Shown here in pieces: positions 29,178 to 37,771 of a stretch of DNA of 64,000 nt. Location: positions 24,983 to 88,982 of the forward strand of contig CAYZXA010000001.1 of the NCBI GenBank assembly GCA_964482335.1, written 5' to 3'. This DNA is from an uncultured Candidatus Saccharibacteria bacterium (lineage in GTDB: Bacteria; Patescibacteriota; Minisyncoccia; Minisyncoccales; MHMH01). Each line of letters opens with the position of its first letter. The stretch's first letter is position 1. Below the pieces are notes generated by a model. The model was not told the origin of the DNA. It searched no databases and saw only the letters and a program-made list of their open reading frames with translations. The position numbers were made by a program, and so were the translations under genes.

Positions 29178-29286
29178 AGCACGTTTTTTATAGGAGATCT
29201 CCTTTCTTTGACTGGTCAGGAGATGTCCTACCAAGTTTAGGGGGTTCTGTGTTTTTAAACTACCTTTCAGAACCCCCTTTGTGTTT
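29178..29286 (+). ncRNA. candidate small RNA of about 105 nt
   Basis: Bounded by P1 and a GGGGGTTCTG/CAGAACCCCC hairpin plus T-rich tail. Contains AGGAGATCTCCT and AGGAGATGTCCT repeats. Confidence 0.3.
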
Positions 29287-29324
29287 AGTAGTTATCATTT
29301 TGTGACGAATTAAAGGATTAGGAC

Positions 29325-29353
29325 TTGACAAAGCTGAGAAGGCATGCTATAAT
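29325..29353 (+). promoter_or_regulatory. perfect consensus promoter P2
   Basis: TTGACA, 17 nt, TATAAT. Confidence 0.55.
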
Positions 29354-29459
29354 ACAGACGTAGAGAGGGTCAATAACTTTTCTATATTATAATTTCACAG
29401 ACGGCTCTCTCTTCGAGAGTCGTTTGTTAGTTTAAAAAAAATAATAAGGGGGTGCTGAG

Positions 29460-29549
29460 ATGGCATATACTGTCATAAGTGGAGTGTTCTTCCCGCTTCG
29501 AAATAGGGAAGACCTAGAAGAAGCTATCGCCTGCAAGAATGAAAAGTAG
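29460..29549 (+). CDS. 29-aa orphan small ORF
   Basis: MAYTVISGVFFPLRNREDLEEAIACKNEK*, preceded by AAGGGGGTG 7 nt upstream. No homology recognised. Confidence 0.3.
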   Translation: MAYTVISGVFFPLRNREDLEEAIACKNEK

Positions 29550-29710
29550 GCGAGAGCAAGGAGGATTTATTAAATATTATGTTAAATCCAATATAAATCC
29601 TCCGATCTCTCAAGTTCAAGATATCCATCGTGAATTTGAGAGTTGGGAAATGAACATTGAAAAATACGAATTTCGTGCCGCTCATATAAAATAGAAAGGA
29701 GGTAAGTCTA

Positions 29711-30064
29711 ATGAAAACTAGTAAGATTCTTGAAAGACTATTAGAAAGTGAACCTGGCGCTGTGGTAGTTGAGGAATGTTCCAAAAAGTTTATTCTATGG
29801 ACTCTTTCAAATTCTTTCCGGAAGGAGAGAATTCTTAAAGAGCTTAGGACAAACTTTCCTAGTTTAGAAAAACAGGATTTACTATTAAAACTAGGAACTT
29901 ATCCATTATTATCCACGGCTAATAAGTTTGTTGCAAATGCTAGATACAATTCTTCATCTTCTTCCATTCGGCAGCTTTTCTTGCTGCCCTTAGTGAAAAA
30001 GAAGATTCCTCGACCAAGACGTCTTCTAGTGCGGCAGTCAAAGAGGAGGGTGATTACAACGTAA
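29711..30064 (+). CDS. 117-aa orphan protein with a Ser-run and a very basic C-terminus
   Basis: Strong RBS AAAGGAGGT 7 nt upstream of the ATG, and a terminator follows. No recognisable family. Confidence 0.45.
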   Translation: MKTSKILERLLESEPGAVVVEECSKKFILWTLSNSFRKERILKELRTNFPSLEKQDLLLKLGTYPLLSTANKFVANARYNSSSSSIRQLFLLPLVKKKIPRPRRLLVRQSKRRVITT

Positions 30065-30098
30065 TCTCCCTCCTCCATTTTAAACAGATGAGGTTAGA

Positions 30099-30154
30099 GG
30101 TGCTTTCCGCTTTTCGAGGCTCTCTCGAAGCGGAGGGCACCTTTGGCCTTTTTT
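30099..30154 (+). terminator. intrinsic terminator
   Basis: Long imperfect hairpin, GGTGC..CCGCTTTTCGAG / CTCGAAGCGG..GCACC, then TTTGGCCTTTTTT. Confidence 0.6.
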
Positions 30155-30170
30155 GATTGTTTGAGATTTG

Positions 30171-30199
30171 TTGCTTAAAAGCTGTTAATTGGATATAAT
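30171..30199 (+). promoter_or_regulatory. putative alaS promoter
   Basis: TTGCTT, 17 nt, TATAAT. Confidence 0.5.
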
Positions 30200-30211
30200 A
30201 TAATAATTGAA

Positions 30212-31963
30212 ATGACTTCCAAGAAACTACGGCAAGAGTTTTTAAGTTTTTTTAAGAAAAAAGGACACAAAATTGTACCCTCATCTTCACTTTTGCCGAC
30301 TGATCCTTCTGTTTTATTTACTACTGCTGGCATGCAGCAGTTCAAGGAATATTTTTTAGGCAAGAAATCTCCTTATGGTAAAAAAACAGCCTCTTGCCAA
30401 AAATGTTTCCGTACTTCTGATATTGATATAGTTGGAGATATTTCCCATCTAACTTTCCTTGAAATGCTGGGAAACTTCAGTTTCGGCGGTTACTTTAAGA
30501 AAGAAGCAATGGCATTGGCTTTAGAACTTTTAACAAAACAATACAAAATTCCAATTGGAAAGCTATGGTTTACCTATTTTAAGGGAGATAAAGAAATGCC
30601 AGAAGATGAAGAATCAAAGAAAATCTGGCAGAGTTTAGGCGTTTCTTCAAACCAAATTTCTGGTTTTTCTAGAGAGGATAATTTCTGGGGGCCGACTGGC
30701 CAAGCTGGTCCTTGCGGGCCAACCACCGAGATTCATTATGAACTGACTTCTCAACCCTGTGAAAAAGGAAAGAAATGTCTGCCCAATTGTAGTTGCGGTC
30801 GCTTTCTTGAGATTTGGAACTTGGTTTTTAATGAATATCATCAGGATAAAAATGGAAGTTTAACTTTGTTGAAGCAAAAAGGAGTTGATACTGGCATGGG
30901 TTTGGAAAGATTGGCGGCGGTCTCGCAGGGTGTGCCTTCAGTTTTTGAAACAGATTTATTCAAACCACTTTTAAAAGAGATTGAGAAAATTTCTCCAGAA
31001 CCCTACAGTCAGAATCCCAAACCTTACCGCATTATTGTTGATCATATTAAAGGTGTTGTTTTTCTAGCTGCTGAAGGCATTTTTCCATCAAATGTTGAAC
31101 AAGGTTACATTTTAAGAAGGATTTTGAGGAGGATTATAAGACTTGGCAGATTACTCAATTTTCCCAGCAACTTTTTAATTCCTTTAGCTAAAAAAGTTAT
31201 TGAAATTTATCAAGACATTTATCCAGAATTGAAGAGGCAGGAGCCCGATATATTAACCGTTATCCAGAAAGAAGAAGAAAAGTTTTCTAAGACCTTAGCT
31301 AAAGGCCTGAGGCAGTTTGAAAAGATCGCCACCTTAGGAGATATTGATGGCCAGGATGCTTTTCATCTTTTCGATACTTATGGTTTTCCTTTAGAGGTGA
31401 CAGAAGAGTTAGCTAGAGAGAAAGGTTTAAAGATTGATAAAAGAGGGTTTGAGGAAGCTTTTGAAAAACATCGGGCTGTTTCCAGGGCAGGCCGAGAGAA
31501 GAAATTTGGTGGAGTGGGCAAGGAGGCCGGCTTTGAATCAGCTAAGCTTCATACGGCCACTCATTTGCTGCATGCGGCCTTAAGGAAAGTTTTAGGTTCT
31601 CATGTTAAGCAAATGGGTTCAGATATTACTCCAGCCAGGCTTCGTTTTGATTTTTCTCATCCTTGCAAAGTGACTGAAGCTGAAATCAGAAAAGTGGAAA
31701 AAATAGTAAATCAGAAGATCAAAGATGATTTACAGGTTGAAAAGATTGAAATGAAATATGAAGAAGCCTTGGAATTTGGTGCTTTAGCTTTTTTTAAAGA
31801 GAAATATCCTCTCAAAGTAACTGTCTATTCCATTAATGACTTTTCAAAAGAAATCTGCGCTGGTCCTCACGTTAAGAGAACTTCAGAGCTTGGCCACTTT
31901 AAAATTATTAAAGAAGAAAGCTCGGGAGCAGGTGTTAGAAGAATTAGAGCAATTTTAGAATAA
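30212..31963 (+). CDS. alaS: alanine--tRNA ligase, short form ending after the editing domain (no C-Ala domain)
   Basis: FTTAGMQQFK class II core, and HTATHLLHAAL and CAGPHV editing-domain motifs. 583 aa. Confidence 0.92.
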   Translation: MTSKKLRQEFLSFFKKKGHKIVPSSSLLPTDPSVLFTTAGMQQFKEYFLGKKSPYGKKTASCQKCFRTSDIDIVGDISHLTFLEMLGNFSFGGYFKKEAMALALELLTKQYKIPIGKLWFTYFKGDKEMPEDEESKKIWQSLGVSSNQISGFSREDNFWGPTGQAGPCGPTTEIHYELTSQPCEKGKKCLPNCSCGRFLEIWNLVFNEYHQDKNGSLTLLKQKGVDTGMGLERLAAVSQGVPSVFETDLFKPLLKEIEKISPEPYSQNPKPYRIIVDHIKGVVFLAAEGIFPSNVEQGYILRRILRRIIRLGRLLNFPSNFLIPLAKKVIEIYQDIYPELKRQEPDILTVIQKEEEKFSKTLAKGLRQFEKIATLGDIDGQDAFHLFDTYGFPLEVTEELAREKGLKIDKRGFEEAFEKHRAVSRAGREKKFGGVGKEAGFESAKLHTATHLLHAALRKVLGSHVKQMGSDITPARLRFDFSHPCKVTEAEIRKVEKIVNQKIKDDLQVEKIEMKYEEALEFGALAFFKEKYPLKVTVYSINDFSKEICAGPHVKRTSELGHFKIIKEESSGAGVRRIRAILE

Positions 31964-31970
31964 TAAATAT

Positions 31971-33203
31971 ATGGCAAATAAGAAAAAAGTTTTTGATGTT
32001 ATCCCGCCCAAAGAGGTAGAAATAGCTCCAGTCAAAAAACCAATCCGTCGGAGCAAGCCCCGACGCTTTGTCCCCAAAGCTCCGATTTTATCTATTGGTG
32101 CTCTCCTGCTCATAATTATTTTAAGCTATGTTTTTATTGAAGATAAAGCTACTTTAGAGATTTGGCCAGTTAAATCACAAGTACAGTTTGAAAAACAAGT
32201 AATGGTTGATATATCTCAAAATACAACGACTTCTATTCCTGGAGAAATAGTGACAAAAGAGCAATCTGCTTCTGCTAAGTTTCCCTCTACCGGCAGCAAG
32301 CTTAAAAGCGTTAAAGCTTCAGGCATAATCCGGATTTACAACGCTTACTCAACACTGTCTCAGATATTGATAGCAACAACTCGTTTTGTTTCCGATGACG
32401 GTAAGCTATTTCGTACGCCAAAAAGAGTGACTATTCCCGGAGGTCACTATGAAGGAGGCAGGTTAGTGCCTGGAGAAATTGATATTACGGTTGAAGCAGG
32501 GGAAGCGGGCGAGGAATACAATATTGGGCCTTCAACCTTTTCCATTCCTGGATTTGCCGGGACTCCAAGATACACTGCTTTTTATGCTAAGTCTTTTGAG
32601 CCGATGGTCGGTGGCATGAAGCAAGAGGTAGCCCAGGTAAGCCAGGAAGATTTGAATAAAGCTCAAGAAGCTTTAGAAGAAGAAGCTTTAACTAACTGCC
32701 AGACAGCTTTAGAAGAGTTCACGTCTTCCCAGAACTATATTCTTGTTGAAGAAGCTATAACTGGACAAATTACTCAAATTACCCCTCTAGCAGAAAAAGA
32801 TCAGGAAGTAGATAGTTTTGTCTTTCAGGTTAAAGCTCAAGTTAAAGCCTTGGTCTTTAAAAAACAGAATTTGGAAGATTTTGCCAAAAACTATATTCTT
32901 AGTCAGATTCCTCAAGAAAAAGAATTAGTTGCTGGAGCTTTGACTATTGGCTATTCGGTCAAAGATGTTGACTTAGAGGAAGGCAGAATGATTTTAGACA
33001 TTGAGATGACAAGTGAGATTTATTCAGCTATTGACGAGGTTTCCTTGAAAGAAGCAGTCAAAGATAAAAGACCAGATGAGATAAAGAGCGTTTTGGGAAG
33101 CTTCCCCGAGATTGATAAAGTTGGGGTAAGGCTCTGGCCGTTTTGGATAAACAAATCACCTGAAAATGCAGATAGAGTTAAGATTAGCTTAATCCTTGAC
33201 TAA
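31971..33203 (+). CDS. membrane-anchored extracytoplasmic protein, unknown function
   Basis: Basic N-terminus, one TM helix (ILSIGALLLIIILSYVFI), then a beta-rich domain of about 350 aa. Confidence 0.5.
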   Translation: MANKKKVFDVIPPKEVEIAPVKKPIRRSKPRRFVPKAPILSIGALLLIIILSYVFIEDKATLEIWPVKSQVQFEKQVMVDISQNTTTSIPGEIVTKEQSASAKFPSTGSKLKSVKASGIIRIYNAYSTLSQILIATTRFVSDDGKLFRTPKRVTIPGGHYEGGRLVPGEIDITVEAGEAGEEYNIGPSTFSIPGFAGTPRYTAFYAKSFEPMVGGMKQEVAQVSQEDLNKAQEALEEEALTNCQTALEEFTSSQNYILVEEAITGQITQITPLAEKDQEVDSFVFQVKAQVKALVFKKQNLEDFAKNYILSQIPQEKELVAGALTIGYSVKDVDLEEGRMILDIEMTSEIYSAIDEVSLKEAVKDKRPDEIKSVLGSFPEIDKVGVRLWPFWINKSPENADRVKISLILD

Positions 33204-33242
33204 ATTTAGCAGCCCTGGTATCATAAGTAATTGTTTAGAATA

Positions 33243-33467
33243 ATGAAGGCAAAAAAACAAAGTTTAAGCAAAAATGGAGTTGTTATTGAGGCTTTGCCCA
33301 GTACTCATTTTAAGGTTAGGTTGGATGATGGCAAGGAGATTATTGCCCATTTGGCTGGTAGATTACGTATGTTTCATATTAAGGTATTACCGGGCGACAA
33401 GGTGACGGTGGAGACAACTCCCTATGATGAAAGCAAGGGCAGAATAACATACAGGGGAAAACAATGA
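33243..33467 (+). CDS. infA: translation initiation factor IF-1
   Basis: [31 protein letters not shown] is the S1-like fold of IF-1. An alternative TTG start lies at 33231. Confidence 0.92.
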   Translation: MKAKKQSLSKNGVVIEALPSTHFKVRLDDGKEIIAHLAGRLRMFHIKVLPGDKVTVETTPYDESKGRITYRGKQ

Positions 33468-33577
33468 AAGTTAGACCATCGGTTAAAAAAATTTGTAAAC
33501 ACTGCAAAATAGTTCGTAGAAAAGGAAAAATCTACGTCATCTGCAAAAACCCAAAACATAAACAACGTCAGGGTTAA
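33464..33577 (+). CDS. rpmJ: 50S ribosomal protein L36 (not in the ORF track)
   Basis: My translation: [41 protein letters not shown] overlap with infA. Confidence 0.92.
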   Translation: MKVRPSVKKICKHCKIVRRKGKIYVICKNPKHKQRQG

Positions 33578-33586
33578 TTTTAATTT

Positions 33587-33976
33587 ATGCCAAGAATTGC
33601 TGGAGTTAACATTCCAGAAGAAAAGCAAATAGAAACTGCGCTGACCTATATCTACGGCATAGGTCGTTCTTTGAGTGGAAAAATCCTAGATCAAACCAAG
33701 ATAAATCCAGAGACCAAAGCTTCGAAGCTTTCAGCGGCCGAAGTTAACAAACTTAGAGAAATCATTGAGAAGGACTACAAAATTGAGGGAGAACTAAAAA
33801 GGGAAAGGATGATGGGTATTAAAAGGTTGAAAGACATTGGTTCTTGGCGAGGCCTGCGTCATATTAAAGGTCTGCCGGTTAGAGGTCAAAGGACTAAAAC
33901 AAACAGCAGAACAGTTAGGGGAAATGTTAGAAAAACAGTTGGTTCAGGTAGAAAGCCAGCTCCCGAACCGACTTAA
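33587..33976 (+). CDS. rpsM: 30S ribosomal protein S13
   Basis: [26 protein letters not shown]. Confidence 0.96.
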   Translation: MPRIAGVNIPEEKQIETALTYIYGIGRSLSGKILDQTKINPETKASKLSAAEVNKLREIIEKDYKIEGELKRERMMGIKRLKDIGSWRGLRHIKGLPVRGQRTKTNSRTVRGNVRKTVGSGRKPAPEPT

Positions 33977-33982
33977 TAAACT

Positions 33983-34438
33983 ATGGGTAAAAAACGGATA
34001 ATTCAAAAAACTGAAAAGGAGCTGCTTGAAGAAAGAGAAAAGGTAGAAGCATCTGTCAAAAAAGAAGTTAAAACAGAGGTGCCTTCAATTAAGGTAAAAG
34101 AAGGCAGGGTTTACGTTGCTTCTTCTTACAACAACACCATTATTACCTTGACTGATTCAAGGGGTAATGTTTTAGCCTGGACAAGTGCTGGTGCTATTGG
34201 CTTCAGAGGAACAAAGAAAGCCACTCCTTTTGCTGCGTCCAAAGTAGCAGAGACCATTTCACAGACGATTAAGAAAATGGGCATTGAAAAGGTTGCTGTT
34301 TTTATTAAAGGCATTGGCTCGGGTAGAGAATCAGCTATTAGGTCTTTAGCTGCCAGAGGTTTAGAGATTACCTCTATTACTGACGTTACGCCAGTGCCCC
34401 ATAACGGTTGCCGACCTCCTAAAGTGCGTAGAGTATAA
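33983..34438 (+). CDS. rpsK: 30S ribosomal protein S11
   Basis: NNTIITLTD..GN...W.SAG..GF.G..K.TPFAA. Confidence 0.96.
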   Translation: MGKKRIIQKTEKELLEEREKVEASVKKEVKTEVPSIKVKEGRVYVASSYNNTIITLTDSRGNVLAWTSAGAIGFRGTKKATPFAASKVAETISQTIKKMGIEKVAVFIKGIGSGRESAIRSLAARGLEITSITDVTPVPHNGCRPPKVRRV

Positions 34439-34440
34439 TA

Positions 34441-35073
34441 ATGCAAAACAATAAATGTAAAATTTGTCGAAGACTTGGCGTTAAACTCTTTTTAAAAGGC
34501 GAGAGGTGTCTGTCGCCTAAATGTTCTTTGACTAGGAAACCTTATGCACCAGGCATGAAAAAGAGAACGAGAGGTCGTCGGGCCTTTTCCGAATATGCTA
34601 AAGAATTGAGAGAGAAACAAAAGCTTAAAAACTGGTACAATTTAAAAGAGAAGCAGTTTAGGAACTATGTCAAAGAAATTCTTAATAAAAGGAGTCACGT
34701 TGAAGACGCTTCCACTCTTTTAATTCAGAAGTTGGAGAGCCGTTTTGACAATGTTATTTTTCGTTTGGGTTTAAGCGGTTCCAGGCCCCATGCTCGCCAG
34801 ATGGTTTCTCACGGACACTTCTTGATTAATGGCAAGCCAGTTAATATTCCGGCCTATCAGCTAAAGAAAGGAGATAAAGTAAGCATAAACCTTGGTTCTC
34901 AGAAAAAGAAAGTTTTCAGTAATATAACTCCTTTGCTTAAAAAACATCAGACTCCTTCTTGGTTAAAAATTAGCCCTGAGAAATTAGAGGGAGAGGTGAT
35001 AGGCAAACCATCTTTGGAAGAATCCAGCCCTCCGGCTGAAATATCAACTATTTTCGAGTATTATTCAAGATAA
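34441..35073 (+). CDS. rpsD: 30S ribosomal protein S4 (zinc-ribbon form)
   Basis: CKICRRLGVKLFLKGERCLSPKC plus the S4 RNA-binding domain. Confidence 0.95.
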   Translation: MQNNKCKICRRLGVKLFLKGERCLSPKCSLTRKPYAPGMKKRTRGRRAFSEYAKELREKQKLKNWYNLKEKQFRNYVKEILNKRSHVEDASTLLIQKLESRFDNVIFRLGLSGSRPHARQMVSHGHFLINGKPVNIPAYQLKKGDKVSINLGSQKKKVFSNITPLLKKHQTPSWLKISPEKLEGEVIGKPSLEESSPPAEISTIFEYYSR

Positions 35074-35099
35074 AAATAATTATTAATTTTTAAATCATT

Positions 35100-35918
35100 A
35101 TGATTCCTTTACCTTCTCAACCTAAAATCATCGAAAAAAAAGGGAACCGAGCTCTTTTTGAAATTGAAAGCCTTTATCCAGGCTATGGTGTAACTGTTGG
35201 CAATACCCTGAGAAGAGTTTTACTTTCTTCTTTAGAGGGTAGTGCTGTTACTCAAGTTAAAATTAAAGGAGCACAGCACGAGTTTTCAACTATTCCCGGA
35301 GTTCTTGAAGATGTGGTTACTATTTTACTTAATATTAAGCAGTTGAGATTCAAGCTGCATACTGAAGAACCTCAAAAAGCAAAGCTCTCTATTAAAGGAG
35401 AGAAAATCGTTAAAGGTTCTGCTTTTGATTTGTCTCCTCAGGTAGAATTAATGAATAAAGATGCTCACGTGGCTACTTTGACTTCTAGAGGAGCTCATCT
35501 GGATATAGAAATTCTTATTGAGAAGGGGTTGGGCTATGAGCCGGTTGAGACAAGAAAAAAGGGAAAGCTGGAGATTGGCAGCATTGCCTTAGATGCTATC
35601 TTTACCCCAGTCAGAAAAGTCAGCTACCGGGTGGAGAGCATGCGGGTCGGGGAAAAAACTGATTTTGACAGGTTGTTTGTTGATTTGGAAACCGATGGCA
35701 CCTTGAGTCCGGAAGAGGCGGTGAGTCGGGCTTCTGACGTTCTGGTTCAACACTTTTCTTTATTGGGTGAAAGCTTGAAAAAGAAAGAAAAAACTTTACA
35801 TGAGAAAACTCTTGTTAAAAGAGTCAAAAAGGCAAAAAAGGCAAAGAAAGTTAAGAGAGCTGAAAAAAGTACTGCTAAAAAACATGCGAAAAAGAAAAAA
35901 AGGAAGAAAATTAAGTAG
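35100..35918 (+). CDS. rpoA: RNA polymerase alpha subunit: NTD only, with a lysine-rich tail replacing the CTD
   Basis: The NTD is clear (GYGVTVGNTLRRVLLSS, DAIFTPVRKVSY). After about residue 225 there are only K/A/E repeats up to the stop. Confidence 0.9.
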   Translation: MIPLPSQPKIIEKKGNRALFEIESLYPGYGVTVGNTLRRVLLSSLEGSAVTQVKIKGAQHEFSTIPGVLEDVVTILLNIKQLRFKLHTEEPQKAKLSIKGEKIVKGSAFDLSPQVELMNKDAHVATLTSRGAHLDIEILIEKGLGYEPVETRKKGKLEIGSIALDAIFTPVRKVSYRVESMRVGEKTDFDRLFVDLETDGTLSPEEAVSRASDVLVQHFSLLGESLKKKEKTLHEKTLVKRVKKAKKAKKVKRAEKSTAKKHAKKKKRKKIK

Positions 35919-36234
35919 GAAGAGAGATCAGCGCAGGGCACTATTGAAGGCATTGTCTAGTGCTCTTCTTTTGCGAGAAAAAATCAAGACAACAGAAGCT
36001 AAAGCTAAAGAAGCTTCTAGTTATACCGAGAAGTTCATTACTATTGCCAAGAAAGGCAATTTAGCTTCCAGGAGAAGACTTTCTTGTTTTTTCTCTCCCA
36101 AAATAGTTAAGAAGCTAATGGCTGAAATTGCTCCCAGATACAAGACAAGGAAGGGTGGTTATACTAGAGTTATTAAATTGGGTCCTCGAAGGTCAGACGG
36201 AGCAAGAATGGCTTTAATCGAGTTAGTAAAATGA
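35884..36234 (+). CDS. rplQ: 50S ribosomal protein L17
   Basis: MRKRKKGRKLSRKRDQRRALLKAL...GGYTRVIKLGPRRSDGA. Overlaps rpoA by 35 nt in another frame. Confidence 0.92.
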   Translation: MRKRKKGRKLSRKRDQRRALLKALSSALLLREKIKTTEAKAKEASSYTEKFITIAKKGNLASRRRLSCFFSPKIVKKLMAEIAPRYKTRKGGYTRVIKLGPRRSDGARMALIELVK

Positions 36235-36578
36235 AAAGACAAACTCACACCATCGATGCTCAAGACAGAGTGCTGGGCAGACTAGCTACAGAAATCGCTG
36301 TCTTATTACGAGGCAAGGGAAAACCTGATTTTCAGCCTAATCAGGATATGGGTGATTTTGTGGTTGTTAAAAATGTTGATAAGATTAAGGTTACTGGCAG
36401 AAAAATGGAGCAGAAGAAATATTACCGCCACACAGGCTACTTAGGAGGATTGAAAGAAACTCCGTTGAAGAAGGTTTTTGATAGTAGACCAGATGAGGTT
36501 TTAAAGAGAACTGTTTGGGGGATGCTGCCCAAGAATAAATTAAGGGCAGAACAGATTAAAAGGCTGAAGTGCCAATAA
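36231..36578 (+). CDS. rplM: 50S ribosomal protein L13 (short form)
   Basis: IDAQDRVLGRLATEIAVLLRGK...YYRHTGYLGG. Confidence 0.93.
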   Translation: MKRQTHTIDAQDRVLGRLATEIAVLLRGKGKPDFQPNQDMGDFVVVKNVDKIKVTGRKMEQKKYYRHTGYLGGLKETPLKKVFDSRPDEVLKRTVWGMLPKNKLRAEQIKRLKCQ

Positions 36579-36582
36579 ATAT

Positions 36583-37050
36583 ATGGCAGTTAAAAAAACT
36601 AAAAAGAAAACAAAACCTAAAGTAAAAGCTAAACCGAAAGCTAAACCGAAAGTTAAAGCTGAACGTTATATTGAAGCAGTTGGCAGGAGAAAAACAGCTG
36701 TGGCCCGAGTTAGGCTACAAGCTCAGGGCAAAAAAGAGTTTTTGGTCAATAACAAATCATTAGAAAGCTATTTTCCTATTTTAGAGTTGCAGCAGATTGC
36801 CAAAGAAGCTTTGGAGAAAACAAACTGCCTTGATAAGTTCAAGGTTTCAGCTAAAGTAAATGGAGGAGGTTTACATGCTCAAGCTCAAGCTTTGAGGCAC
36901 GGCATTGCCAGAGCCTTAGTAAAATTTAATTCTGAATTTCGCATGAGATTAAAAAAAACCGGTTTCTTAACACGCGATTCTCGCATGAGAGAACGTAAGA
37001 AGTTCGGTTTAAAGCGAGCTCGAAGAGCGCCTCAATGGAAAAAGAGATAA
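36583..37050 (+). CDS. rpsI: 30S ribosomal protein S9 with a KAKPK-repeat N-terminal extension
   Basis: GRRKTAVARV...GGGLHAQAQALRHGIARAL...RDSRMRERKKFG. Confidence 0.95.
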   Translation: MAVKKTKKKTKPKVKAKPKAKPKVKAERYIEAVGRRKTAVARVRLQAQGKKEFLVNNKSLESYFPILELQQIAKEALEKTNCLDKFKVSAKVNGGGLHAQAQALRHGIARALVKFNSEFRMRLKKTGFLTRDSRMRERKKFGLKRARRAPQWKKR

Positions 37051-37087
37051 TGATACTTAATAAATCTTTGATCTATCTTGACCTCCG

Positions 37088-37771
37088 ATGTTAAAAGAAC
37101 TTATAGACCAACTTTATCTGAACAGGCAAAGAGATAGAGAACAGCATCATTTTTATATTACTGATGCAGGCAAGTGTAACAGGGCTGTTTTTTTTAAGTT
37201 CAAAAATGTACCTAGAAAAAAAATGGATGCTAGGATTTTAAGATTGTTTGACCACGGCGACTACATACAGATGCAGATTTTGAATTCCTTGTTTAGTTTG
37301 GGGATTGTCAGGGCCTCTGAGATCCGTATACCTCCGCAGGAGCTTATTTCTGGCAGAGCAGATGCCATAGTTACCTTGAATAACGAGCTTTATGTGGTTG
37401 ATTTCAAAAGTATGAACAGCATGATTTTTAGGAAACTAGAAGAGCCAAAGGAAGAAAATGTCAACCAGATACAGCTCTATTTGCACTACTTTAAAATCCC
37501 AAAAGGCATACTGCTTTATATGAGCAAAGACACGTCGGAGTTAAAGGATTTTGTGATTCAGTACGATCCAAAGCTTGCGCAATCTCTTATAAAAGGGTTA
37601 GAGACTCTTGATAAAAAAATCAAAGCTAATATCATTCCTGAAAGGTTAACTAATTATCCGCAAAACTGGCAATGCCAGTACTGCCAGTTCAAAGATATTT
37701 GTTCGGCAGCTGGTAAAGGAGAAGTGAAATGGCAAGCGTTTAAAGACAAGATTGAAAAGCTAAGGAAGTAG
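37088..37771 (+). CDS. Cas4/RecB-like PD-(D/E)XK nuclease with a 4-Cys cluster, orphan
   Basis: N-terminal Cys (DAGKC), GRADAIV...VVDFKS...QIQLY nuclease motifs and a C-terminal CQYCQFKDIC. Confidence 0.6.
   Translation: MLKELIDQLYLNRQRDREQHHFYITDAGKCNRAVFFKFKNVPRKKMDARILRLFDHGDYIQMQILNSLFSLGIVRASEIRIPPQELISGRADAIVTLNNELYVVDFKSMNSMIFRKLEEPKEENVNQIQLYLHYFKIPKGILLYMSKDTSELKDFVIQYDPKLAQSLIKGLETLDKKIKANIIPERLTNYPQNWQCQYCQFKDICSAAGKGEVKWQAFKDKIEKLRK

Noticed and set aside
29448-29520. GGGGTGCTGAGA, resembling the TPP-riboswitch (THI-box) core, upstream of and overlapping the 29-aa ORF
   Set aside because: Only the GGGGUGC and CUGAGA words are present, and they overlap each other. The P3 stem and the pyrophosphate-sensing ACCUGAUCUGGAUAAUGCCAGCG half are absent, and no thiamine gene is downstream.
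29524-29784. 86-aa minus-strand ORF in the mnmA-alaS spacer
   Set aside because: It has no RBS. It is antisense to the plus-strand unit, which has promoter, RBS and terminator signals, and it overlaps the start of the better-supported 117-aa ORF.
36598-36662. Tandem AAAGCTAAACCGAAAG repeats that could be mistaken for a repeat array
   Set aside because: They are in frame within rpsI and encode the KAKPKAKPKVKA extension. There are no spacers or CRISPR-like architecture. No CRISPR array exists anywhere in the window.
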